Shown piece by piece: positions 1 to 9,702 of a stretch of DNA of 64,000 bases (positions are counted from its first letter, which is position 1; each line of letters opens with the position of its first letter). The stretch lies in the IMG/VR virus record IMGVR_UViG_3300028591_000075, positions 32,001-96,000 of that record; one strand, given 5' to 3'. A program made the translations under genes and the position numbers. The stretch is from a virus. Taxonomy: Duplodnaviria; Caudoviricetes. The notes beneath the pieces are model-generated. The model made no database searches. It saw only the letters and a program-made list of their open reading frames with translations, and was not told the origin of the DNA.

Positions 1-3000
1 CATTCATACATGTTCCCGCGATCGCCCAACTTGTTGCCGTTGGCATTCATTTTCAAGTTAATCAGGTCGATGTACTCAACGATGTCATAGAGAACAATGT
101 CTTCCGGAGTGCTGTAATTCATGATGCGGTCAGGAGACACAAAGTGATGACCGTTGATTACTATCGCATTCTTGTAGGCGGACGATGTGTTCAGGATGTA
201 TGGGATATTGCCACTCGGTGCCTTGCCCTTGACCAGCTTGGCCGCATCCACATCGACATAGGCGCATTCCTTGATTGGGTCACGCTGTGCCATGATGGCT
301 TCCCTGAACTTGAAGGCATCCTTATGTCCAACACCAATGGGCAGGAACTCCCAGTCGAACAGGCTCGGGTTAATCGTGAGACGACCACACCAGACTACAT
401 TGCACGGTGCACCAAGACGACCATCACCGCATATCTCGGTAAATGCGCGGGCAACCTTGACCAGGTGCTTCATGTCGTCACTCTTATCCTCAATCGGAGT
501 AGTGCCATCCGCCTGGTAAATCAGGATTTTGGCAGCCATGCCATAATTGTGCCATGATAGCATGCTGCTTTCCGGACCGCCGGTGCATATACCCTTCTGG
601 TCATCGGCAGAACGCCATGTGTTAATCAGTTCCACACGGGTCGAGCCAAATTCATGAGTAAGGATGGACATGAGGAAGGCAACCTTGTCATACAGCCCAA
701 ATCCTTCGCGCATATCTTCAATCTTACGAGATGTCGGTCGGAAAATCTTCCAACCATCAAAACGCTGGTCTTCTGGAACATTCGGGAAACCGCCGTCCCC
801 ATAGCGGACAACCTCGAAGAACTTGTCCTGGGAGAACGGCCCATATTCCACGAATGCCTGCTTGCGAATTTCTTCGTCGTAAGGCAGTGCGGGAGCCTTC
901 AAGTGGACTGTCACCGGCGTCTTGTTCTCGCTATCGTTACGACTGCGTTCAGGCGGAACCTTCACCGTCTCGACAACATGCTCACCCATCAAGGTAGGAG
1001 CATCGACACCCTCGGGCACATGGGCGCTCATCTCGTTATCGAATTCAACCTGTAAGGTAGTCTTGGACACGTCATCAAACTGCAATTCACCCGATGCGGC
1101 ATTCCAGATGTCCTCGGGCAATGCCTCGTCAAAGTTGACTATCCACTGTCCATCGACCTGTTCAATCGTTGCCGGCTTACCCAACTGCACGGTATTACCC
1201 GGAGTTTCCTCAACCTGGGGATACTCACCGAACACATTCAGGTCATAGAAGCGGACTTCCACCCAACGGACGCCACTGTACACCTTCACCGTCTTATGGC
1301 GGGTGCGGCCCCATCGCTTGTATTTCCTTCTGACCTTCTTGTACATCGCAACGGGCACCATGAACCTTGCCGGCAGCGACCACGGCGTGAATGGAAGGGA
1401 CACATAATCACCTTCGTCATCATCTAACGATCCAGTATTCGCTTTCAGCCACTGGTCCTTGTTGAGATACATGGACTTGTTGGTAAATGGCGACTCGTTC
1501 ACGAATGCCTGGTACCAGACAATCCTGTCAATCGTCTCATTCAATTTGGAAATATCGTCGGATACGTCTTCAAGTGCAAGCCATGCCCTCGCCACACGAA
1601 CCGGGCTCATGATGAAAGCCTTGGCCACAAGTTGCGAACGCATCTCCTTGTATGCCTTCTTCATGACATAAGCAGCCTGGATGGCTCCATCGATATCATT
1701 CGGAGAACCAGGATCTACACCCCAGTCCATCTCGTATGTAGGCTTGAATTTTTTGTATGCTATGGCGCCATCATCCGTATTCGAGCACTCTTCCCACACA
1801 ATCACATTGTATTGGCCATGCAAGTTCCAATTTATTTCAGCAACCCCTTCGGTACCTAGACGGTTGAGCCATTCCATGGCGGTTTCCGAAGCGTTTAACG
1901 GATGAGCCTGGACAAATTCCCATACCTTCTCCTTACTACCGAGCGTCCTGAACAGGTTCATCCAGCCCGCAACAAATTCGACATATCGCTTGCACTGCTT
2001 GACCCTCTGGTCACTATCACTTGCACTATTATATCCGTAGGCAAACGTAGTATCAGTGATTTGTAATTCACTCTCGTTACTAACCGGCTCATTGTCATGC
2101 TTTTTGAGAATCCAGTTATACGAGTCGATAATCATATCGCGAACTTCGTCCCAGTTCATGGCAATATATGACTTATCCCACGCATAGTTATCCGACTTAT
2201 AGTCATTGGTGCCATAGTGCACCCATTTCAGACCGATGCCACTACCCTTGGGATCATTCGAAACTGGACATGCGCCCCACGAGGAAACACACCCCTCACT
2301 TTCAACATATTCACCGTTAATCTGGAACACCCTCGGAAAAGCGGTGACATTTTCAGAACCGTATATACCAGTCGCATATACTTCGCGGCCATCACCGCTC
2401 AATTCTCTGTAGTTCGACTTGACCGAGTTTATAAGCGAATCCATATCGAATGCCAACCCGCCGTTGGCTGACGAGTAATTCGAGAACCTACCACCAATCC
2501 TCTTTATCTTGTTCTTCGTGCTGGAACTAAGGTATATCCACATGATGGACATCGCGTCCTTCAAACTCGTGTAAACGTTTTCAAACTCTTCAATGAAATC
2601 GTTCTCAATGTCTTCCTTGGGATAGAATATGCCCTTCACCGCATCCTTGATTGGGGGGATAATGGCGGTCACACCATCACCGACACTCCGAAGGTCATCA
2701 ACCAGGGCAGCGGTCTTGCTTCCGGGAGATAAGAAAGTTGACAAGTACCCATCTGGACCATACGCGCTTTCAAAGTTAGTATAACGCTGCATCTGCGTGC
2801 GCGTGATGTCTGCCTTCATGCATGCCATGATGTATTGGCGATGTTTCCAGCGGGCCCATTTCTTGTTCTTCTTGTAGTCCTCGGTCGTGGCATCAGTAAT
2901 ATAGTCAGGCACCGCCTCGGCCATGTTTTCGTCATAATACTTGACATCCACGCCGTAATTGTTCTCGGCACACCAGTCGGAAACAGCGTTCATGCGCTTC

Positions 3001-3686
3001 CTGAACAGGTCATACCCGATAACGGCGTTGGCTTTGGTCTTCGAACCGCTTGCCAGCTTGCGGAGCCACTTCATCGTAGTCTTACGACTACCACCGATTC
3101 CAAGTATCGCATAAATAACCTGCATCGTCGAAGGAAGGTCAATGCCGGAACTGTTCGAGATTACATTCTGGTTCACCGTCAATGGACCAAGCAAGTTGGC
3201 ATCAACCTTGGCCTTTACGTCATCCCGTCCGATGCCGGTAATGAATTCATAACGCGGGGTCACATATACACGGGCATGTGTGAAGGTCTGGTTGGCCAGG
3301 GAAGTTCCATCATGGATAACTGTGTAGGTGATATCGCTGTCACTATCCAGGTCAAGTTGGGTTTCCTTGTCCTTGCCCGGACGCCATTCACTCGCAACTT
3401 CCGCCTCGATTACATCAGCCAGCGGTTCATAGAGGGCAAAATATGCATTATCGTATGAGCTACCATCCCTGATGGTGACCATTACTCGGTCATTTATGCC
3501 GAGTTCGACAGCCCCAGAAAAACTCTCGTCATTAGCGAGCTGTGCCCTCGTGACGAAATAAGCCACGTTGTTGGTCACATGCTCATTCGGATTGCCTTGG
3601 GGATTCTCGATTCTCACGCCGCTCAGGTCGATATTCACGTCGGCCTTTACGTCCATGTCAGCATAGTATTTCTCGAAATCGTACAT
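1..3686 (-). CDS. Large probable virion protein (>1228 aa, runs off window start) with degenerate M15-peptidase-like domain; absent from ORF track
   Basis: Manual translation from ATG 3686 (MYDFEKYYADMDVKADVNIDLSG...) is stop-free to position 1. TATAAACT lies at 3728-3735. The segment INTWRSADDQ...SWHNYGMAAKI...VVWCG is near 330-640. Confidence 0.85.
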   Translation of the reverse strand, partial: MYDFEKYYADMDVKADVNIDLSGVRIENPQGNPNEHVTNNVAYFVTRAQLANDESFSGAVELGINDRVMVTIRDGSSYDNAYFALYEPLADVIEAEVASEWRPGKDKETQLDLDSDSDITYTVIHDGTSLANQTFTHARVYVTPRYEFITGIGRDDVKAKVDANLLGPLTVNQNVISNSSGIDLPSTMQVIYAILGIGGSRKTTMKWLRKLASGSKTKANAVIGYDLFRKRMNAVSDWCAENNYGVDVKYYDENMAEAVPDYITDATTEDYKKNKKWARWKHRQYIMACMKADITRTQMQRYTNFESAYGPDGYLSTFLSPGSKTAALVDDLRSVGDGVTAIIPPIKDAVKGIFYPKEDIENDFIEEFENVYTSLKDAMSIMWIYLSSSTKNKIKRIGGRFSNYSSANGGLAFDMDSLINSVKSNYRELSGDGREVYATGIYGSENVTAFPRVFQINGEYVESEGCVSSWGACPVSNDPKGSGIGLKWVHYGTNDYKSDNYAWDKSYIAMNWDEVRDMIIDSYNWILKKHDNEPVSNESELQITDTTFAYGYNSASDSDQRVKQCKRYVEFVAGWMNLFRTLGSKEKVWEFVQAHPLNASETAMEWLNRLGTEGVAEINWNLHGQYNVIVWEECSNTDDGAIAYKKFKPTYEMDWGVDPGSPNDIDGAIQAAYVMKKAYKEMRSQLVAKAFIMSPVRVARAWLALEDVSDDISKLNETIDRIVWYQAFVNESPFTNKSMYLNKDQWLKANTGSLDDDEGDYVSLPFTPWSLPARFMVPVAMYKKVRRKYKRWGRTRHKTVKVYSGVRWVEVRFYDLNVFGEYPQVEETPGNTVQLGKPATIEQVDGQWIVNFDEALPEDIWNAASGELQFDDVSKTTLQVEFDNEMSAHVPEGVDAPTLMGEHVVETVKVPPERSRNDSENKTPVTVHLKAPALPYDEEIRKQAFVEYGPFSQDKFFEVVRYGDGGFPNVPEDQRFDGWKIFRPTSRKIEDMREGFGLYDKVAFLMSILTHEFGSTRVELINTWRSADDQKGICTGGPESSMLSWHNYGMAAKILIYQADGTTPIEDKSDDMKHLVKVARAFTEICGDGRLGAPCNVVWCGRLTINPSLFDWEFLPIGVGHKDAFKFREAIMAQRDPIKECAYVDVDAAKLVKGKAPSGNIPYILNTSSAYKNAIVINGHHFVSPDRIMNYSTPEDIVLYDIVEYIDLINLKMNANGNKLGDRGNMYE

Positions 3687-3727
3687 AGGGAATCCCGTCT
3701 ATTTTCCATAAAACTACATCGGTCTGC

Positions 3728-3735
3728 AGTTTATA
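3728..3735 (-). promoter_or_regulatory. Late-promoter-like TATAAACT (representative copy)
   Basis: Also at 7559, 11234, 17525, 27607, 38042, 47109 (-) and 29974, 38103, 41011 (+); resembles the T4 late promoter TATAAATA. Confidence 0.75.
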
Positions 3736-3748
3736 GGATTTGAGGCCC

Positions 3749-6673
3749 CTAAACGAATGCGCGAACCTTCTTGGTTTCGTCGTATTCGAGTTCCTTCGGC
3801 CACCCGACAGCCTCGAAAAGACGGCCAAGTATCTGGGCGACAGAGACATGCCACTGTTCTTCCCAGTCAGCATGGAACAGTTGCAGGAGGCGTTCCGGGC
3901 ACTTCTCACCGCTATAACAGATGATTGAGACACCGTAGCGGTCATCAGCCTTCTTGATGAACTTCATCTTGTCACCGGCATAGATAGGCTCGTACGGCTC
4001 CTGGGCAAGAACGGGGTCATTCTCAATCAGGTAGTTCCACACGGAAGCGGCCCTGCGGCGCCAGTCGATATCCTTGATTTCGGATCGTGGCATCGTTATC
4101 ATCTTCAAGTACGGCAGGGGTTCTTCCTTCATACCGGAAGGACATGCGATGTATGAGTAGTTACCGGCATTGACGGCCTCGAAGAATTCCTTCTTCATGA
4201 CAAGCAGCCTACGACGCACCTCATCCCTATCCATGGTTTTCAGCATCAGCTTCACCATGTCGAGCATACGCTCCCTACTGAACAAGGTGGTAGAACTACG
4301 GACAATTTCAAGGCCAGTAATGGCAAAATGCGGTTCCAGTTCAAGGGTACCCGGCACCCACTTACCGTCCTCGTCCTTATGGCCAAGGTCGAGGTACACG
4401 ATATCTTCGTTGGATTCGGCTTCGCAGATGTACTTCTTTTTAGCGGTAACGATTGCCTTGTAAATACATTTTTCGCGTTTCAGGAACAGTTCGTTAGTGA
4501 GGAAGTTCCATTTCTTCGCATAGGCAAGCATGAACTCATCCAGCTTCTCTTCAAGCATGGCAGCGTCCATGATACGGCAGAAGTCCGTAAGGCGGAAACG
4601 GTTGTAGATGACACGGTAGCGCTTGCCCATGACGATGCCGTCATGGAACATAATCTGCACCTTCGTCAGGCCAGTCTTCTTGTCAACGGAACGGTTCTCC
4701 GGGTCATGCCACACATCATGCAGGTACTGGTTGCAAGCCGCATTGAAAATCTTCTTGGCTTCGAGAATGTGGTCGTTGTCGAAGCCCTGCCGGAAGATTT
4801 CCTTATGTTCATCGAAAACGATGACTTCCACACCGGTACCGGCCTTGGCACCGAATTCCTTGAAGATATCACCAATCTTGCAGTAGAAGGAGTCGGTATC
4901 GCCATGGGACATGCGACGGTAGAGCACCTGGCCATCCTCGTCCTTGGTAGTACCAAGGAACGACGGGTCAATCGTCGGCTTGTATCCGAACGCATCATAG
5001 AATCGCTTGTCATTGACAAGTTCCTCGTTGAGGTACTTAGCAAGTTCAGCAATAGTAAACTTAATGAGCCGCTGACCGTAACCAGTAATGGATGCAGCGT
5101 TATCGACATCATAGAACGGGAAGAAGTTAGAACCGAGAAGACCATACAGGGAGTTGCCGAGGACCTTATAGACCTTCTGCATCATGTCGTATATGTCCTT
5201 CATTTCCATGTCGCCGGCCTTTTCAGCGGCTTTCTTCTTGTTCTTCAACTTGGCACGGCCATCGAACAGCTTCCTGGTCACCTGCGGGACGATGCCTTCC
5301 TTGTCACGACGGAAGTACACCTTGTACTGACCGTTGTGGGTCCACGGGCTCTCGATGAGAAGGTCCCTCTCTTCCGGGGTAAGAACGTAGTCGATTGGCT
5401 TGATGACCTTCGTCTCTGGAGAGGTATTGAAAGTCATCATGATAGACGGGTACAGGGAACGGTAGTCATAGGAGACCAGGAACTCGTAGTAGCCGGGGAT
5501 CGAGTACACGAATGCACCCGGATATTCTTCCTTGTTCTTGGCCTGCATCGGAGGGAACACGAGATGCTGCTCGTGAAGCATGTTCATCACGAACCCGACC
5601 AGCATCTTCTTGGATTCAAACACGGAGGAGAACGGCACGCGGGCTTCCGAAGCAGCCATGACGGCAAGCTGGAACATGCGCACCTTCAATTCAATCTTTT
5701 TCAGCAGCCTAACGTCCTGGAAGTTATACAGGATGAACTCATCCCAGTAGTTCTTCCATGACTTGTAGCCATCGGGCAACGGGGCCTTGTGTTCGCCGAC
5801 AACGAGGCCGCCAATGTAGTCGAGTTTGTAGGACGGTTCTTCCGAGAACGTGTACTTGCGGTAGAGGGCAAGGAAGTCGATAACTTCCGTACCGGCAATC
5901 TGCAGGTTGCCCTCGCGGTCGAAGTAGGCCTTCTGGAACTGGCCGGGAAGTCTGGACATGAGCTTCAAGTCCACCTTCAACTTGGCGGCACGGTTCACCA
6001 TGTAGGTGGTATCGTAGGAGAAGTTCCAACCCGACAGGATATCGACCTGGTTCTTGCCAATTTCGGAGAACAGCTTTTCAAGGAGTTCCTTCTCGGTGTA
6101 GCAGAGAACATACTTGCCGTTCTCCTTCGCCATCTCTTCCTTGACATAATCGGAAACATCTCGTCCAAGACCGTATGTAACGTAGTTGTCGGTCTTCGAG
6201 AAATAAATAGTAACGCAGTTAATCGGGTACTCGGCACGGTGAGCCGCAGGGAAGCGACCCACCGTCTCCACTTCAATATCGAGGAAGCACAGGTTAATCT
6301 TCTTCATGTCCGGTTTCAACATACCGGACTTTGAGTAATGCTTCTGTAAGAAACGCGCCCTGGGGTCAATATCAATTTCGGAAAGGTGGTTGTTCGGACC
6401 CATGGTACGCTTGCGTATGTCCTGTTCCACCTTGGACTTACAAGTAACGGAGTACATCTCCCTGCCGTAGATGTCCTTCATGCCGCAGGGTATCGAATTG
6501 TACTCGCCTCGGTTAGGCGTATAGAATGTGTTGGTAATAACCTTGGTCTCCAACTTTCCGGTATCGTACCATAGGAAAAGTTGGTCAGTTTCCCGGTCAT
6601 GGTAAATCGCGGTCCACATCGGGTGGACTTCTTGGGAATCTACGACCTTGTTGTCTTCTAACGCTAATGCCAT
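3749..6673 (-). CDS. gp43: DNA polymerase family B (T4 gp43-like)
   Basis: Exonuclease motifs FLDIEV, SGWNFSYD, YNFQDV; polymerase motifs YDYRSLYPSIM, KVLGNSLYG, HGDTDS, KKKY. Confidence 0.97.
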   Translation of the reverse strand: MALALEDNKVVDSQEVHPMWTAIYHDRETDQLFLWYDTGKLETKVITNTFYTPNRGEYNSIPCGMKDIYGREMYSVTCKSKVEQDIRKRTMGPNNHLSEIDIDPRARFLQKHYSKSGMLKPDMKKINLCFLDIEVETVGRFPAAHRAEYPINCVTIYFSKTDNYVTYGLGRDVSDYVKEEMAKENGKYVLCYTEKELLEKLFSEIGKNQVDILSGWNFSYDTTYMVNRAAKLKVDLKLMSRLPGQFQKAYFDREGNLQIAGTEVIDFLALYRKYTFSEEPSYKLDYIGGLVVGEHKAPLPDGYKSWKNYWDEFILYNFQDVRLLKKIELKVRMFQLAVMAASEARVPFSSVFESKKMLVGFVMNMLHEQHLVFPPMQAKNKEEYPGAFVYSIPGYYEFLVSYDYRSLYPSIMMTFNTSPETKVIKPIDYVLTPEERDLLIESPWTHNGQYKVYFRRDKEGIVPQVTRKLFDGRAKLKNKKKAAEKAGDMEMKDIYDMMQKVYKVLGNSLYGLLGSNFFPFYDVDNAASITGYGQRLIKFTIAELAKYLNEELVNDKRFYDAFGYKPTIDPSFLGTTKDEDGQVLYRRMSHGDTDSFYCKIGDIFKEFGAKAGTGVEVIVFDEHKEIFRQGFDNDHILEAKKIFNAACNQYLHDVWHDPENRSVDKKTGLTKVQIMFHDGIVMGKRYRVIYNRFRLTDFCRIMDAAMLEEKLDEFMLAYAKKWNFLTNELFLKREKCIYKAIVTAKKKYICEAESNEDIVYLDLGHKDEDGKWVPGTLELEPHFAITGLEIVRSSTTLFSRERMLDMVKLMLKTMDRDEVRRRLLVMKKEFFEAVNAGNYSYIACPSGMKEEPLPYLKMITMPRSEIKDIDWRRRAASVWNYLIENDPVLAQEPYEPIYAGDKMKFIKKADDRYGVSIICYSGEKCPERLLQLFHADWEEQWHVSVAQILGRLFEAVGWPKELEYDETKKVRAFV

Positions 6674-6691
6674 TTCGTTTGGAAATATAGC

Positions 6692-6720
6692 AAAAAATCC
6701 ACCCAGTGGGTGGATTTTTT
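6692..6720 (-). terminator. Intrinsic terminator hairpin
   Basis: AAAAAATCCACCC-AGT-GGGTGGATTTTTT. Confidence 0.75.
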
Positions 6721-6741
6721 ACAAATTTATTACGGCTTTGC

Positions 6742-7524
6742 TTAGGCCTGACCATTACCAGCGAATGCGTCGTCGATGTCAGCCTGCTGCTTGGCGATGC
6801 ACTTCTTGATGCATTCCTCAACCGGCACGCCGGCATGGAAGTCGTCGGCGACTTCACCGATATCGAAGGTGTTATGTTCACCCGGTCCGAATTTCTTTGC
6901 CATAGCATCGCTCACTGCCTTGATGTAAGCCTGGGCACCACCATCGATTGCTTCAAACTGCGCCTTGAATACCTTGGCTGCCTCAGCAAGAACGGTATCG
7001 GCAGCCTGGCGGGAAGCTTCATCAACTACGAGGCTTTCAATGAAAGCCTTGAACTTCTTCTGCTTCTTGGCCACTTCGGCGAAGTGCTTTTCCTTCTCGG
7101 CGCCGGAACGGTTGGATTCAGCGGCGGACTTGGCCTTGCTGTCGAAGTTCTTGACCTCGGGTGCCGGTTTGGCCTTGTCGCCATCAGATTCCTGCTTGGC
7201 TTCGACCACCTGGTCCTTCTTCTTGGTCATTTCGACGTTCTTGACTTCCGTCACCTTGCCGTCTTCCTTCTTTTCCTCGACAGTATCGTTCTTGGTGATG
7301 GGCTTGGCAGATCCGGTGTTGACGGTCTTGGCCTTGTTCACCTTCTTGCTGTCGCTGGTCCACTTGTTGAAGTCGACCTTTACGTCATCGAAGACAGCCA
7401 TCGATTCAACAATGGGCTTACCCCCATGACGAACCGCGGTGTACTGGCTTTCATTGACGGGTTCCTGGGAAATGCGTTCGATTTCCTTCATGATTTCCAA
7501 ATCTTGGTCAATAGAGTATCCCAT
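6742..7524 (-). CDS. Hypothetical late protein, probable head-internal/scaffold-type
   Basis: 260 aa, Lys/Glu-rich, TATAAACT upstream, several hydrophobic-x-E-S/A sites. Confidence 0.7.
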   Translation of the reverse strand: MGYSIDQDLEIMKEIERISQEPVNESQYTAVRHGGKPIVESMAVFDDVKVDFNKWTSDSKKVNKAKTVNTGSAKPITKNDTVEEKKEDGKVTEVKNVEMTKKKDQVVEAKQESDGDKAKPAPEVKNFDSKAKSAAESNRSGAEKEKHFAEVAKKQKKFKAFIESLVVDEASRQAADTVLAEAAKVFKAQFEAIDGGAQAYIKAVSDAMAKKFGPGEHNTFDIGEVADDFHAGVPVEECIKKCIAKQQADIDDAFAGNGQA

Positions 7525-7657
7525 GTTAAATCCTCTGGAGATTTTTTCTTATGCTGGAAGTTTATAGTGTAGGACAAAAAATAAATTTGCTCAATTTACC
7601 ACAAAAAGTCCAAATTACACTATAAATCTATATCTGACAGTAAAAAGGCATTTAATC

Positions 7658-8272
7658 ATGGAACTCAATGTCCCCTCATCCGGCGAAGTAAGCCACGAAT
7701 CCCCCGCAGTTGTACAGCTTCACGAAGATACCAAGGTACCTGTCAGTGAAATCAAGGCCAAGCTCCACAACAAGGTCATGGAACTCAACCAGCAGCGTCT
7801 CGCCAAGCCGTCCGAAGTCCCGTTCGGTCACACGACCGATGACATGAGGGACCAGAGCTACAGTGAGGTCGAGGACGAACTTCTCCACCCGGAAGAACAG
7901 CAGGAAACCCAGGACGACCAGTTCAAGGATTTCTTCGGCGACACCTATCCGGGTGCAGAAGCCTTCAATGCCCCTGCTGAGGAAAACGGATTTGACAACG
8001 GCATGGACAGTGGCTTCGGTGGTGGCAGTGACTTCGGTGGTGGCATCGACAACAACGCCATGGGGTTCAGCGATACCGACATGGACACGCTCAATGCTAC
8101 CGCGGACAACGCATTTGATGACTTCACCGGAGAAGACGGCACGGAAACCGCCGGCGACGTGAACAATATCTCCGCAGAAGAACCGGGCGCCACCGAAGAA
8201 GTGGCTACCGATACCGCAACCGATGCCGCTACGGAAGCCCCGGCGGAAGAACCCGTACCGGCGGAAGCATAA
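7658..8272 (+). CDS. Acidic hypothetical protein
   Basis: 204 aa with a very acidic C-terminal half, TATAAATC at 7621, hairpins downstream. Confidence 0.75.
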   Translation: MELNVPSSGEVSHESPAVVQLHEDTKVPVSEIKAKLHNKVMELNQQRLAKPSEVPFGHTTDDMRDQSYSEVEDELLHPEEQQETQDDQFKDFFGDTYPGAEAFNAPAEENGFDNGMDSGFGGGSDFGGGIDNNAMGFSDTDMDTLNATADNAFDDFTGEDGTETAGDVNNISAEEPGATEEVATDTATDAATEAPAEEPVPAEA

Positions 8273-8348
8273 AAAATAAGCGTTGCAAAAACAACGCTTA
8301 TCGGCATTTTTCGACCATAACCGTTGCATTTGCAACGGTTATTTTTGT

Positions 8349-9479
8349 TTAGTTCCCGAGGTAATAGACCTTCCTGGCAAACAACTGGTTGCTGAAACAC
8401 AGCATCAGCTTTCCATCCGGGCCAGTCTTCAACAGGAGCGACTTGCAGTTGGAATTGCGGATCATCATGGTAATGACATCCATTGGCAAGGTGATTTCCC
8501 TGTCCAGGTCAAGCATATGCACTTCCGCCATTGTCACCGTGGCGCCATACCGGCCATCCACATTGAATTCGATGGAGGCATGGGCCTCGTCCACCGGTGT
8601 AATCTTGACATTGGCAACAGGGTTCTTGTAGTTCACGCGGAAGATAGTGTCGATGGTCGCAATCATTGCAGCAGTGTCGAACTTCATGTAATCGGTAAAC
8701 CCTTCGGAAGACATGGCAGGGAACTCGGCTTTCTTGAAGGAATAGTCGATGCGCATGACCTCACCGGCAATGCGGATACGCTTGTTGGTATAGTCGATGT
8801 TGAGAGTGCAGTCCTGGGATATTTCAAGCATCGGTATGATACGGAAGATATCGCATGGAATTCTAAATGCAAAGTCCGGGAGGTTCTTGTCCACACCCAG
8901 GCCATTGGGTGTTTCAAGGGAGGCGACTATGGTCGCAAGTACAACGCGGTCATTTCCTGAACGATAGGACAGCAACCCTTCGTGACGATGAATTTCCATC
9001 CATTCGAAATCAAACGAGCTGTCAGTCACGATTGAGAAAGAACCCTGCTCAATCTTGATTGTTTCATCGATATGGTCGCCGAGATCCTTGTATTCAAAAG
9101 GTTCAACCGGTTCACAGAAGCATTCAAGCTCGAAACCCTCGATTTCTTCATTGAACGACGATGCCACATAGAGCCGACCACTGTCAACCCACAGAGTGAC
9201 ATTGTTCTCCTGGGACACTTCCCTACACAGCACACAGAAGTCGCGCAGGTTGACCCAGGCATCGCAGTCAAGCAGCTCGGACTTCAAGGTGGAGTCCGAG
9301 TTCACGTAGACACCGTGTTCGGTCTGGACATGGAGGATAACGATACCATCGGCATCCTTGTCGGTCCACACATGCGCACGCATGTTGTCATCCCTGGACG
9401 ATGAGTAGAGGAACGAAATTGCCGAACGGAACCTAGTTGCCGTATTGAACATTACGAGAGATGGAGTTTTTTCAGACAT
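8349..9479 (-). CDS. Divergent DNA polymerase III beta-clamp (DnaN)-like protein
   Basis: 376 aa matches DnaN size. FAFRIP, KKAEFPAM, FDTAAMIATIDTIFRV and ITLPMDVITMMIRNSNCKSLLLK align by eye with DnaN domains 2-3. Confidence 0.55.
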   Translation of the reverse strand: MSEKTPSLVMFNTATRFRSAISFLYSSSRDDNMRAHVWTDKDADGIVILHVQTEHGVYVNSDSTLKSELLDCDAWVNLRDFCVLCREVSQENNVTLWVDSGRLYVASSFNEEIEGFELECFCEPVEPFEYKDLGDHIDETIKIEQGSFSIVTDSSFDFEWMEIHRHEGLLSYRSGNDRVVLATIVASLETPNGLGVDKNLPDFAFRIPCDIFRIIPMLEISQDCTLNIDYTNKRIRIAGEVMRIDYSFKKAEFPAMSSEGFTDYMKFDTAAMIATIDTIFRVNYKNPVANVKITPVDEAHASIEFNVDGRYGATVTMAEVHMLDLDREITLPMDVITMMIRNSNCKSLLLKTGPDGKLMLCFSNQLFARKVYYLGN

Positions 9480-9578
9480 TACTTAACCTCATTCCGAAAA
9501 CTACATGGTATTGCCCATCCAAGGGGTTGCTAAGGATGTTGGAACGATATATAGTGGTCGTGACGCTACCTAGAGTAC

Positions 9579-9607
9579 AATATAGGACTTATTCATTGGC
9601 ATGTCAA
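9579..9607 (-). promoter_or_regulatory. Sigma70-type promoter TTGACA-17-TATATT
   Basis: Exact spacing; upstream of the DnaN-like gene. Confidence 0.75.
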
Positions 9608-9659
9608 GGCATTTTTTCATGGAACAACACTTTGGGTGGTCATAGCCAACTACATCAAA

Positions 9660-9681
9660 AAGGCGCCCCGGAGGGCGCCTT
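9660..9681 (-). terminator. Intrinsic terminator hairpin
   Basis: AAGGCGCCC-CGGA-GGGCGCCTT with an A-tract on the left. Confidence 0.75.
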
Positions 9682-9702
9682 GTATCTAGGAGGAAATATC
9701 GA

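Noticed and set aside
1-3660. Apparent gene-poor region with many short + strand ORFs, suggesting stop-codon recoding
   Set aside because: One stop-free - strand ORF covers it and was missed only because it runs off the window; genes elsewhere are intact in code 11 and use TAG, TGA and TAA as stops.
4590-4890. PolB insertion as an intein
   Set aside because: No N-terminal Cys/Ser block, no HN-C/S/T terminus, no LAGLIDADG motif.
9480-9700. Possible tRNA or sRNA in the intergenic gap
   Set aside because: No cloverleaf or T-loop motif; promoters and a terminator explain the region.
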